From Azolla caroliniana (Eukaryota; Plantae; Polypodiophyta), in contig JBHGNT010000013.1 of assembly GCA_043228905.1 (NCBI GenBank), positions 16,926,001 to 16,990,000 of the forward strand: 64,000 nt of DNA. The letters are read 5' to 3'. The position numbers and the translations under genes are program-made. The notes below the pieces were generated by a model. It was not told where the DNA came from, ran no database searches, and saw only the letters and a program-made list of their open reading frames with translations. Positions within the stretch are counted from its first letter, which is position 1. Every line of letters starts with the position of its first letter. Positions 1 to 11,418 of the stretch are shown in pieces.

Positions 1-437
1 ATTTTTACATGCATGTTTCCCATGACTAACACTTTCCTTCATTAGCAATCTTACTAACATGTAGCCATAAATCTCCAAGGGATCCTTGTATGGCCCAAAG
101 CATGATACCATGATAATTCCCTATTTGGTAATCTCTAGGCATAAATCCCCAAAGGGATCATTCTTGTGTGACCCAAAGCACCAATTTATTAATAAGTTCC
201 TATCATAAATTTAAAGCATGTCTCTTTACAAATAGTGATTATTTCTTTTAACAATTCTTTATACAGACTTATTATTTGGGAGATAACATGCATCATATTC
301 TCATGTTTATCGAAGCAAGTGATGTAGCCCATATGGAAGTAGGTAATGTCTAAAGTTGTGTATTGTATGTCATTTTAACTAATGGACTATATTCTTCTTT
401 GGAAAAGAAAAAGAGGGTAAGAATGTCATATTCTAGG

Positions 438-862
438 TGTCATGATATGACAAGACTCGAACCCATGACCTTATGGTATATGGGTCAAGCTCTTAACCAT
501 CACACCATCTATTATAATTCATAAGATATTATTTTCATTTATGTTTTATTATAAGAAAGTAATGTATATTCCAGATTTCTCTGGAACATTCTAGAAGTTT
601 CAAGATTACTCCTGACAACACTATAAAAGAAGGCACTAGGCATTATGTTGAACCAAATTGGTTCAACGCCAGTCTTAAGCCTCTCAGCCGCTTTGTACTT
701 ATCTTTTCACATAATATATTAGCTGTTGTCATCATCTTTCTCTCTCTCTCTCCTCTTCTCACTTCCTCTCTCGGGAATCTTACGCAGTTCCGTCCTCTTA
801 GTACTAATAGTACTGCTCTTCTTAGTACTAATTCCATCTCTGCTTTAGTACTATTCCTGACA
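438..862 (+). repeat. 5' LTR of copy A
   Basis: Direct repeat of 5656-6080 with about 13 substitutions; TATAAAAG at 622-629. Confidence 0.97.
584..601 (+). promoter_or_regulatory. Perfect 4-unit heat-shock element in LTR U3
   Basis: GAAcaTTCtaGAAgtTTC (alternating nGAAn) 20 nt upstream of the TATA; also at 5802-5819, 35968-35985, 41183-41200. Confidence 0.8.
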
Positions 863-932
863 GTTTGAACCAATTTCTCCTTTCCTCCAGCCTACTTGTC
901 ATTCTCCCTCCTCCTACCCTTTTCCCTATACT

Positions 933-2090
933 ATGGCTACTGTTAGCGCCCAAGAATATCAATCTGTTTTCTCCGAGTTACAGTGCCTAAAAGAAAAGTT
1001 TGTTGCCCTGGAACAAGAAAACCAACGGTTTGTAGGGGATCTCCAACAAATCTCTCTCGAAAAACAACAAAGGCAACAACAACATGGGGAGTTAGCATTA
1101 CGGGTACAACAACTCGAAGCAGCGTTGCAACAACAAGGATCAAGTCCCCAAGGATTTCATAAAGAACCCAAGATTGGACTTCCTATGAAATTTGATGGAA
1201 CGCGATTGCAATTCCGGGGATTCCTTAATCAGGTACTCTTAGTCATCCAGATGCATCCTTCCCGATATCCCACTGATGCATCTCGAGTCGGCCTAATAGG
1301 CACGTTACTTAGCGGCTCAGCCTTGGCATGGTTCGCTCCGCTTCTAGAAAAACAATCACCCTTGCTCAATAACTTTGAAGATTTTATTGGTGAGTTTAAA
1401 GCCTGCTTTGGAGATACCGACGGCATCAGGACGACGATCAACAAGATCCGAAGATTGCGTCAAGGCGATTGTCCAGCCTCTGCCTACGCGGCGGATTTCC
1501 GTCTACTCGCCTAAGATATTCCCTGGGATGATCAGGCCCTCATGGAGCAGTTTCGCTACGGCTTGCGCAATGATGTCAAAGATCTGCTTTTAACCTTCCC
1601 CGAAGAACCAAAGTCTCTTACAGAGGCAATCAGTCGAGCGGTCCAATGCGACAACCGCCTTTTCGAACGGCGTTCGGAGCGTCAGTTACAAATAACACGC
1701 TCTCGGCCGGAACCCACATACGCCTCAGTCACGGCTAAACCGTTTGCACACGATGTACCTCAAGCCAATATTCTGACACCGATGGAGATCGACACCATGC
1801 GTCGACGCGGCCCGTTATCGGAAGAAGAAAAGCAACGACGACGTGTCAATCGATTATGCCTTTATTGCGGTGGATTAGGGCATATCGCCATCAATTGTCC
1901 CCATAGGCCAAGAAGATAGGTAAATCAAATCGTCGCCTGTACTAAACCCGAGTCAATTCTTCCCTTCGGAGTGTCTGATAGTATTAATAGTACTAATAGA
2001 GTGTCAGATAGTATTCATAGTACTAATAGCCCAAGTATCTCAAACAAATTTGAAATCCTTAGTCAATTAGATGAAGAGTTAAACGATTGA
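933..2090 (+). pseudogene. gag: gag of copy A (retrotransposon capsid + CCHC zinc knuckle), 2 premature stops
   Basis: PMKFDG..FRGF, CLYCGGLGHIAINC; colinear with the intact gag at 36327; stops at 1512-1514 and 1917-1919; natural stop TGA 2088-2090. Confidence 0.93.
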
Positions 2091-5000
2091 GTCCAGCCAA
2101 AATAGGAGCCGTTTGGTTGGACAACAACCCTAGATCTGTACAGCCCATTAGTGGTTCCATTCCTTCCAAGCAAGTTAGCAATGTGTTCCTAGCCCAAGTC
2201 ATTGTTAGTACTAAAAGTACTCCCCCAGTACCCATCCTAACACTCTTAGATTCCGCAGCTAATTCCTATTTCATGGATCGAAATTTTGCCCAAGCTTCTC
2301 AGATATCCCTAAGAAAACTTCCTTGTCCCGCATCTGTAGTAGTCATTGATGGTCGTCCCATTGCTTCTGGGAATATTGTAGAAGAATCAGAACCCATTCA
2401 AGTTGTCCTAGGTAGTTTTGTGTGTGTAATATCATTTAATATAATTAGTAGTCCAGAGCATCCCATTGTCCTAGGATTACCTTGGTTTGAATTACATAAT
2501 CCAGCCATAGATTGGAGAACAAGAGAAGTCCGATATCAACCACCCCAAGAATCTACTCACCGAGTTTTGACCATTTCACTCCATCAATTACGCGAAGAAG
2601 GACACAAGGAGCCAATGTCAGTACATCCTTCCAGCACTATTAAGAAGGACTCCTCAGTACAACTTCCGGCAAAATATCATCCTTATGCCGATGTATTTGA
2701 CAAGGTAAAAGCCGGTACCCTTCCTCATCACCGTCCCTATGACTGTCCCATCGATTTACAACCAGGAACCAAGCCACCATGGGGACCAATTTACAACTTG
2801 TCACCCACCGAGTTAGAAGTCCTTCGAGCCTACATAGAGGAGAACTTGGCAAGCGGGTTCATCCGTCATTCAAAATCTCCGGCCAGTGCACCCATCTTCT
2901 TTGTCAAGAAGAAAGATGGTTCACTTCGTCTCGTCGTTGATTACCGCGGATTGAATAAGGTCACCATCCGGAATAGGTATGCACTTCCTCTTATATCAAG
3001 TCTTTTAGAGCGAGTTAATGGTACCAAGTTTTTTACCAAAATCGATCTACGAGGAGCGTATAACCTCGTGCGGATCCGACCGGGAGATGAATGGAAGACC
3101 GTCTTTCGCACGCGGTATGGGCATTTCGAGTATATTGTTATGCCGTTCGGCCTAACCAATGCACCCGCAGTCTTCCAACACATGGCAAATGATATATTCA
3201 GAGACCTCTTGGATATTTGTTTGATCATCTATCTTGATGATCTATTGATTTATTCGAAGACCCAGCAAGAGCACGATTCTCGTGTACTATTAGTACTAAA
3301 GCGACTCCGCGAGAATGGTCTTTATGCCAAGCTAGAAAAATGTAGCTTTGACTGCAAGCAAGTGGAATTTCTAGGCTACATCATCTCCTTAAAGGGCATC
3401 GCCATGGATCCAACTAAAGTCCAAACTGTACTAGAGTGGCAAATTCCACGGTCGGTACGAGATGTACAATGTTTTCTAGGTTTTGCTAACTTCTACCGTA
3501 AGTTTATACAGGATTACTCGAAGATTATCTTACCCCTCACACAACTTACGAAGAAGGGCCAAGCATTTCTTTGGTCCATTGAAGCAGATATGGCTTTTCG
3601 GCATCTTAAGAAAGCCTTTACATCAGCACCGATTCTAGCTCATGTGGATACTAGCAAACCATTCATCATGGAGGCCGATGCTTCAGATTTCGCCCTTGGT
3701 AGCATCCTTTCTCAACAAGGAGATAAAGAAGAGTTGCATCCGGTGGCTTTCCATTCGCGCAAATTCGATGTTGCGGAAATCAACTACGAAATACATGACA
3801 AGGAGTTATTAGCCATCGTGGATTCATTTGTGCAATGGCGGCATTTCTTAGAGGGCTCTCCATATCAGGTTGTTGTCTTTAGTGATCATAAAAATCTTGC
3901 TTATTTCTAGAACGCTCGCGTACTAAATCGACGGCAGCCTCGGTGGGCGCAATTCCTCACGCGTTTCGACTTCAAAATCACATATCGACCGGGGAAGCAG
4001 CAAGGAAAAGCAGATGCACTATCACAGCGTTCATATCTTGCACCTCGTCCTGGTGATCCAACATTTGATAATCAAAAGCAAGTAATCTTGGGACCAACAC
4101 GATTGCACACGACGCGGATTTTTCACACCCCGATGGATTCACGAATTACCGATGACATACGTGCAAACTTGAAGACGGATAATTTTGCTCAAGACATCCA
4201 GGCGCACATTGATACTTCTCGAGCATCCTGTTCTTAGTCTCAAAAACCAGGTATTGACTACCGACAATTCGAATATCATGATGGTTTGTTATTCTTTAAA
4301 AAGCGCGTATATGTCCCCGATTGCTCCTGTCGCCTTCAAATCGTCCAGCATTGTCACGACACCCATACGGCGGGACATTTCGGTAGTACTAAGACGTTGG
4401 AGCTAGTGCAACGATCTTTTTGGTGGCCCCACATGCATCGTTTTGTCGACGACTACGTTCGGACCTGTGATGCTTGCTGCCGAGCAAAGATGCCACGACA
4501 CCATCCATATGGCTTGTTGGAACCCTTACCGATTCCAAGTAAGCCGTGGCAGTCTATTTGTCTTGATTTTATCACAGATCTGCCGGTCTCGCAGGGGTTC
4601 GATGCTATCTTAACCGTCGTCGATCGATATACGAAGATGGCACATTTTGTTCCGTGTACTAAGGCCATCACTAGCGAGGAAACCGCCGCCCTAGTCATGC
4701 ATGAGGTATTTCGGCATCATGGCCTCCCAGACAGTATCATCAGTGACCGAGGACCGCAATTTGTCTCCAAATTTTGGCAGCATCTCTTCAAGATGCTCAA
4801 GGTCTCTTGCAACCTCTCCTCCGGCTACCATCCTCTGACCAATGGGCAGGCAGAACGAACAAACCAAACACTGGAGCAATATCTCTGGTGTTTCCTGAGT
4901 TATCTACAAGACGATTGGGTCGAGATTCTCCACTTTGCGGAGTTTGCGTATAATAATGTTGTTCACTCCTCGACTCGAGTCTCCCCATTCTACGCTTATA

Positions 5001-5644
5001 CCGGTTCTCATCCTCGCTGATCGGTGATCGACACCCCGGAGCTACCTACCAATCCTCGTGTCGGGGATCATTTGGAGAGACTACGCAAGATTCAAATAGA
5101 TCTCTCGACTCATCTTCGTCATGCTCAACAGACACAGAAGACTTACGCGGATCGTCATTGACTTCCCTCGTCTTTTGCCATCGGAGATCGAGTATGGCTC
5201 TTACGTCGTCACATCAAGACTACTCGACCGTGTGACAAGTTGGATTATCGACGACTCGGTCCTTTCCGTATTTTGGGTAAAGTTAATGATGTCACATTCC
5301 GCCTTGATCTCCCTCCACAGCTTCAGATACATCCGGTTTTCCATTGTTCTCTTCTTGAACCTTATAAAGCAAACACCATTCCCGATCGTGTTACACCACC
5401 GCCGCCCTCGCTAGAGTTGGACGCCGGCCCGGAGTATGAAGTTGCTGCCATCCTCGATTCCAAACTTATTCGCAACAAACTTTATTATTTGGTCGATTGG
5501 GTTGGTTATAGTCCGAGCGAACGCACTTGGGAACCCGTCGAGCATGTTGCCAATGCTCAGGATCTGCTTGCTGATTTCCACCGAAAGTATCCGGACAAAC
5601 CCGATCCGCAATCAGCGCCGACTCGTTCCACTCGTCGTCTTTAA
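2078..5644 (+). pseudogene. pol: pol of copy A (protease, RT, RNase H, integrase, chromodomain) in the -1 frame, with premature stops
   Basis: LLDSAA protease, YLDD RT, EADASD RNase H, HHCC and DDE integrase, YEVAAIL..YLVDWVGY..TWEP chromodomain; stops at about 3908, 4235, 5018 and 5159. Confidence 0.95.
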
Positions 5645-5655
5645 GGGGGAGATAG

Positions 5656-6080
5656 TGTCATGATATGGCAAGACTCGAACCCATGACCTTATGGTATATG
5701 GGTCGAGCTCTTAACCATCACACCATCTATTGTAATTCATAGAATATTATTTTCATTTATGTTTTATTATAAGAAAGTAATGTATATTCCAGATTTCTCT
5801 GGAACATTCTAGAAGTTTCAAGATTACTCCTGACAACACTATAAAAGAAGGCATTAGACATTATGTTGAACCAAATTGGTTCAACGCCAGTCTTAAGCCT
5901 CTCAGCTACTTTGTACTTATCTTTTCACATAATATATTAGTTGTTGTCATCATCTTTCTCTCTCTCTCTCCTCTTCTCACTTCCTCTCTCGGGAATCTTA
6001 CGCAGTCCTGTCCTCTTAGTACTAATAGTACTACTCTTCTTAGTACTAATTCCATCTCTGCTTTAGTACTATTCCTGACA
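5656..6080 (+). repeat. 3' LTR of copy A
   Basis: Direct repeat of 438-862, preceded by the PPT and followed by TSD CTAGG. Confidence 0.97.
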
Positions 6081-8230
6081 CTAGGATTGCCTCCTTTAGG
6101 GTATCTTCTTTCTTCTTTGGGAAACCTTTAGAGTCGAAGCGTTGTCATGATTGTCATTGATAAGACAATGTTTAGGGATCAAATACAAGGTAGACTACAT
6201 TTAGGTGTATAAGTGTCAATCCATATAATGGTGGTGGTCATCAATTGACAATCATCAAGATATAGAGGAACACATAGTTGACCCAATTGGTTTCATAACA
6301 ATCTCCTTTGGTCCTCCCTCATTCCTCCCTCATTGACATCAATATAGTTGTGCCACTAATCCTCCAATGTTAGTTGTAAGCATTATCGTGTCGTATTTCC
6401 AACTTATTAGTCAACATTTTTTTATTATTAGTCTTGACTCTACTTGAATATTTTGGCCCCTTTACTTGGTGCATTAATCATTTTTAAGTAAAATATATTA
6501 ATAGATATATATATATTTAACGAAGTTCAATTAGTATGTGTGGCAATTGTAGTTTGAACCACCTACCCATTGTTGTCAATCGTCAATTGGCAACCATGAT
6601 TGTTATATGAATTGAAGTCGCCATGTACACGTGGATTAATATGATCACATGGGCCACATATCTCTATGCTTGTATTTTGCTTTTATGTGTACTACAATCT
6701 TGTTGTCTTTTTATTCTTACTATAAAGAACTTTGTTTCCTAGAGGTAAAATTGAGTGTTTCCTACTCTTATGTACCCCACATATGACAATGCATGAGATC
6801 ACCAAGTTCTTCCCAAAAACTTTGTTACTTTAGTATTTAAAGTAAAAGTTACTTTTTGGTATTTTTATGGTATTCTACATATTACAAGGTGTGTACATTG
6901 TTTGAGCCTTTCTTGTGAGAGTGTGGGTGCAACGAGATAGCATATACTAAAGACACGTGAAAGTTAGGATTTGAACCAAAGACCTTTGATTGATAACCCC
7001 ATAACATCTATTAGAGGCCAAAATAGGGCTAGCTTTAGATTATCTATATAAAAAAAAGGAGTCATAAAATTTCACGATATTATTTTAACATATGAGGCAA
7101 CTTTTCAATTGTTAATGATGGATTCTTAGATGCTTTTTACAAGCATGAAGCTCATAATTGCTATGTGTGGGATGTGTGTTATTAAGGGAGGTCTTTGAGG
7201 TTGGTTGGTTTGGCGGAGCAAGTAAATGATGAAGCATGACAATTGCATCTTGGTCTTTGCTCTTGATATGAGGGGAATTAACAATGACACATAGTCGATC
7301 AATGGTAGGTACAACTAAATGCCTATGATCTAATAGTAACTCGATCTTGTATGGAGACATTCTCTTCCTGGCTAGATGGTTTCTTATGGTGTTTCACTTT
7401 AGGATATTTCATGCCCAATCACAGAGCACACACTTCTCCCCCATCCTCAACATAGATGGTGCTCTGATAGGGATGCTTGCTACACACAAAGTGACCACTC
7501 TCTCACTCACATAATGGACATTGAATTGACCTCACAATAGCACGAACTATTATAGTTGAAGATTACAATGGTTTATACATGGATCATGCTTTCCTTCACT
7601 ATCCTTTTAAAAGTCATGATATCCATCCCCTTATTTCAAGTCAAGATTAAACTTAATTTCTCTTATATTTCAACATATAACTAGAGATCCCCCCATCTTT
7701 TATGTGGTGTTTTTTGCAAATACTTTACAAGCTCCCAAAAACTTATGAATGTATTGGAAGACTTTTGTACACATAGTGAGCTAAGTGTCAACAACAATAA
7801 GTCATTGAAGAAGTTAAAATTGGGAATGTGGTTACCATGCTTTTGTTATATGCAAATATGTTAGAAGATGCCTAGAAACTTGGGAGTGTATTGGAAAACT
7901 TTTGTATACATACTAAGATAAATTTCAATGCCTCCAAAACAAAGGTTATGTTTGTGAGGTATCAAAATAATGATAAACCATGCATTGTGAACAATAATGA
8001 GTTATTTCAATTTGTAGAAAGCTTACAATATATTGGGCTTTGAGATTCCCTTTAATCATAGATCAAATGGATGTGCTACCCACCATTAGGATGCGGGAAA
8101 CATGACTTATTGTGCATTTGCGAACATATGCAATGATGGGAAAATCAACTTTTCGGTTCTCAAGAAATATCTCTTTTAACACATTGATAAGATTACTACT
8201 TCTTTATGGGATTGATATATGGGTGGTTGA

Positions 8231-10650
8231 TGTTAGAAATATTGAGAATCGATTAGATAGGTATATAGAATTACAACCATAGAGATGGATATATGAAATC
8301 AAAACTTCTATTACATATGAGAGTAGCTCACAATAGTAGTTCACCCATACGCTCACACCTTCGAGCTTAGATAGGTTCTGGACCAGCTCACTACAAAATT
8401 AGTGGGGACTGATAATCAATCCAACCATTGTGTAAGAAAGTGGATTATATTCTATGTTTGGTCTGAGCATGACATTAAATGTGCAAGTCAGTTGATAGTA
8501 GTGGAGATATTCCTTTTCTGTCAACTTGCTTGTCAAATGACAAGTCAGTTATCTTGAAGTCAATGGCACATACTTCAAGACTAAGTACATTGTAACTTGC
8601 CCATAAAATATTCTAGTTGACTTGATTAGCCTACATCGCTCTTTCCTAAATACATTGTGTCCTACGCATCTACGGTTTCCTAGATTACCCCTTATCGACC
8701 CATATGGTCGAGTTGCACACTAGTTGCTCCTCATTTGGGGCACTATCACAAAATGTGCACTCTAAGAGCACATCTTGTGCACATATGGGGATATATTTAC
8801 AACTTGGGGCGATCATTGATTATATCTAACACTCCCCCTCAATTGTCAACCCATTGAGTTCACTTGGAATTGGGCCAACTCCTAGTTGTCGAAGGTGTTG
8901 TTGTAGATGTTCTGCTCCAAGCGCCTTTGTGAAGATATCTACAACATTGTCTGATGTCGGACAATACTCAAGCTCCACAATCTCATCATTTATTAGCTCC
9001 CACACATAGTGATACTAAATCTCTATGTGTTTAGTACGTGCATGGAATACGAGGTTCTTGGCAATGGCCATGAAACTCTAATTGTCACACTTCAATACTG
9101 TTGTCATCCTTATTGGAACTACCACATCCATAAGGATTCTTCTTAGCCAAACTACCTCACATGTCGTTATGCATGTTGCTTTGTATTCTGCCTCCGTTGA
9201 AGATAGTGCCACTTTTGGTTGTTTTTTTACTGCTCCATGAAATAGCTCTAGAACCTATTGAAAAACAATATCCAAGAACTAAATTTTTGGAATCACTATC
9301 TCTAGCCCAGTCGGAGTCGCAATATCCACTAAGTTCGTCAGTTGTTGGCTTGTAGAAGATTCCATATTTTAAAGTACCCACAATGTACTTTAATACATGT
9401 AGTGCAGATTTCCAATGAGTCTCCTTCGGTTTGTTGCTGAATCAACTCACAACACCAAACTGCAAAACAAATATCTGTCCTAGTGTTGAATAGGAAAATT
9501 AGACTTCCTACTAGTTGTCTATACTTCCTTATGTCAACCATTGGTGACGAGTCTTCTTGGGATAGCTTTAGACCATACACCGCCTTCTTCAGCTTGCGGA
9601 CTTTGTTTTTTGAATTCAACATCTCAAACCCTTGTGGTTGTGTCACGTATACCTCCTCCTTGAGATGCCCATTCAGAAAGTGCCTATTTGACATCCATTT
9701 GATAAATCAGCCATCCTCTTGAAGCAGCCAACACTATGACAATTCGAATTGTTGACATGTGAGCTATCAGGGCAAATGTTTCTTGTACATTAAATCCTTC
9801 AATTTGGGAGTATCCTTGCGCTACCAACCTTTCCTTGAATTTCTCCAAAGAACCATAGACTTTATTCTTTACTTTCCACACCCACTTGGTGCCTATCACC
9901 TTCTTCTTTGTTGGCCTCTCTACCAACTCCCACGTGTCATTTTTCATGATGTTATCATATTTTGATATCATCGCTTCTTTCCACTTCGGGTCAGCCATGG
10001 CTTTGTCCACCGAGGTCGGCTCACTCACTGAGCCTTTGATGTCCACCATCAAAGTTGTTAAGAGTCTATTACTAATCAATAGACCAAACTAAAGTAAAAG
10101 AAGGAAAATAGAATGGATAGAAGAACCCGTTCCACCTGACCACCCTCGAGCTATGATCTAGACATAGCCAACCTACCATTGACATCTCATAATGTTGGAT
10201 ATTAGGACGACTAATACCTTGGAAGAGATAAATACGATCATCGAGACGAAAGCCTAGCCCGCACCACCAGTGTCTCAGACAGCAGCCTTCCGACGTAATG
10301 TCCTTATGAGGGTAGCTAAGCCTCGTATTTATACCTTTTCCTAGACCCCTTGAATAGATACGTGCCTTTCTAAAATGGTCTCCATTCATTGGTTGCCCAA
10401 ATCATGATAGTGCATGCACCTATCATTCCTTCTATCCAATCACATTAGCCCCTTTTTTGGCACTAGCATAGGCTGAATGAGCAAGCCATTACCATAAGAT
10501 GGTTTAGCTTCCTTTTTTGGATAGTGGGTCGGGATTGGGTGGAATACTTCTTTGGTTGATGAGATAAGTTGAGAATTGTTTTTCTCAGCTAGATGTGGTC
10601 GTTCCTCATCGAACACCACATCACGACTTGTAAAAACTACATGTTTGTGG
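8231..10650 (-). mobile_element. 5'-truncated Ty1/copia retrotransposon (integrase end, RT, RNase H, 3' LTR)
   Basis: Minus-strand VFTSRDVVFDE, WKEAM..NDTWELV, KERLVAQGYSQ, YQMDVK, GYCDSDWA; PPT TTGAGGGGGAG next to LTR 8231-8831 with TGTTAGA/TCTAACA termini. Confidence 0.9.
10056..10499 (-). mobile_element. Solo-LTR-like insertion inside the copia, related to LTR 31052-31501
   Basis: Begins TGTTA; shares CCACCTGACCACCC and TGAGGGTAG..CCTC.TATTTATA with 31052-31501; right end approximate, TSD not found. Confidence 0.6.
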
Positions 10651-11418
10651 CCTCTTCATGTAGTTCCATGCATCGACCCACTTTCATGCAGAAGCTTCTA
10701 AAAACTCCTAGAACTTGGAATAGATAATCTACTAAGATATAGATAATATGACCATGTATTTGGACGTGTTTGTTAAAATATAAAACTCGACGATATATTA
10801 GAGGTGAAGAGTTTGAATCTTGACATGACTGTTGTCATGTTCGTAACATGAGAGAGCAATTGGGTTCATGTTTAAGCTTTTTGGGAAGCAAGTAAAAAAG
10901 ATTCAAAAGACACACAAAAACAAAAATGTGAGATTTAGATGGATAATATGGAGAAATGGCTTGGAAATTTAGGTGCATCACATTGCTTCATTATGTGTTT
11001 TGCGAATGAGGTGTTTTAGCAACACCAATGTATTGTAGCTTGATGGAAGGATGGAGAGGTTCACGTTTGACACATTATATTACATTATATGTTCCACCAA
11101 ACCATGAAACTATATTCTTCTCAGAATAGGTAAACCACACCCATCGATACATGCTAGTCACCATCCATTTGTCCACCATCCACACCATTACTTCAATACA
11201 ACTTAGCTCACATTCTCTTCCATGTGAGATGGTTGGGCATTGGGGCACATGTGAGGAAACTCATTAACAATGCTTATTTTGCCTTGTCAAGTGCACTAGT
11301 CAAAGTATCACACTTTTGATACCACATTGTTTTTTACCTTATTTGAGTTTGCCTTCCATATATTGTTATTTGGTCCAATCCATACACATTGCTCTCACAA
11401 TCATAACGTGGAATCTTG

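Larger units (their letters stand above)
438..6080 (+). mobile_element. Full-length Ty3/gypsy chromovirus LTR retrotransposon (Tcn1/Tf1-sushi-like), copy A, decayed
   Basis: 425-bp LTRs 438-862 and 5656-6080 (TGTCA...TGACA); 5-bp TSD CTAGG at 433-437 and 6081-6085; PPT AAGGGGGAGATAG 5643-5655; gag-PR-RT-RH-IN-chromodomain order; several in-frame stops. Confidence 0.97.
7090..11330 (+). mobile_element. Degraded RTE-like LINE interrupted by a copia element
   Basis: Endonuclease-end-like SDH near 7490; MLLLYAN (YADD-like) near 7840; KYLG-like near 8030; C-terminal SSHSL/CCHC-like remnants at 11200-11330; frameshifted, boundaries approximate. Confidence 0.5.

Noticed and set aside
438-512. Calling the LTR head a tRNA gene
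   Set aside because: No acceptor stem or clear anticodon arm; reported only as tRNA-derived A/B boxes
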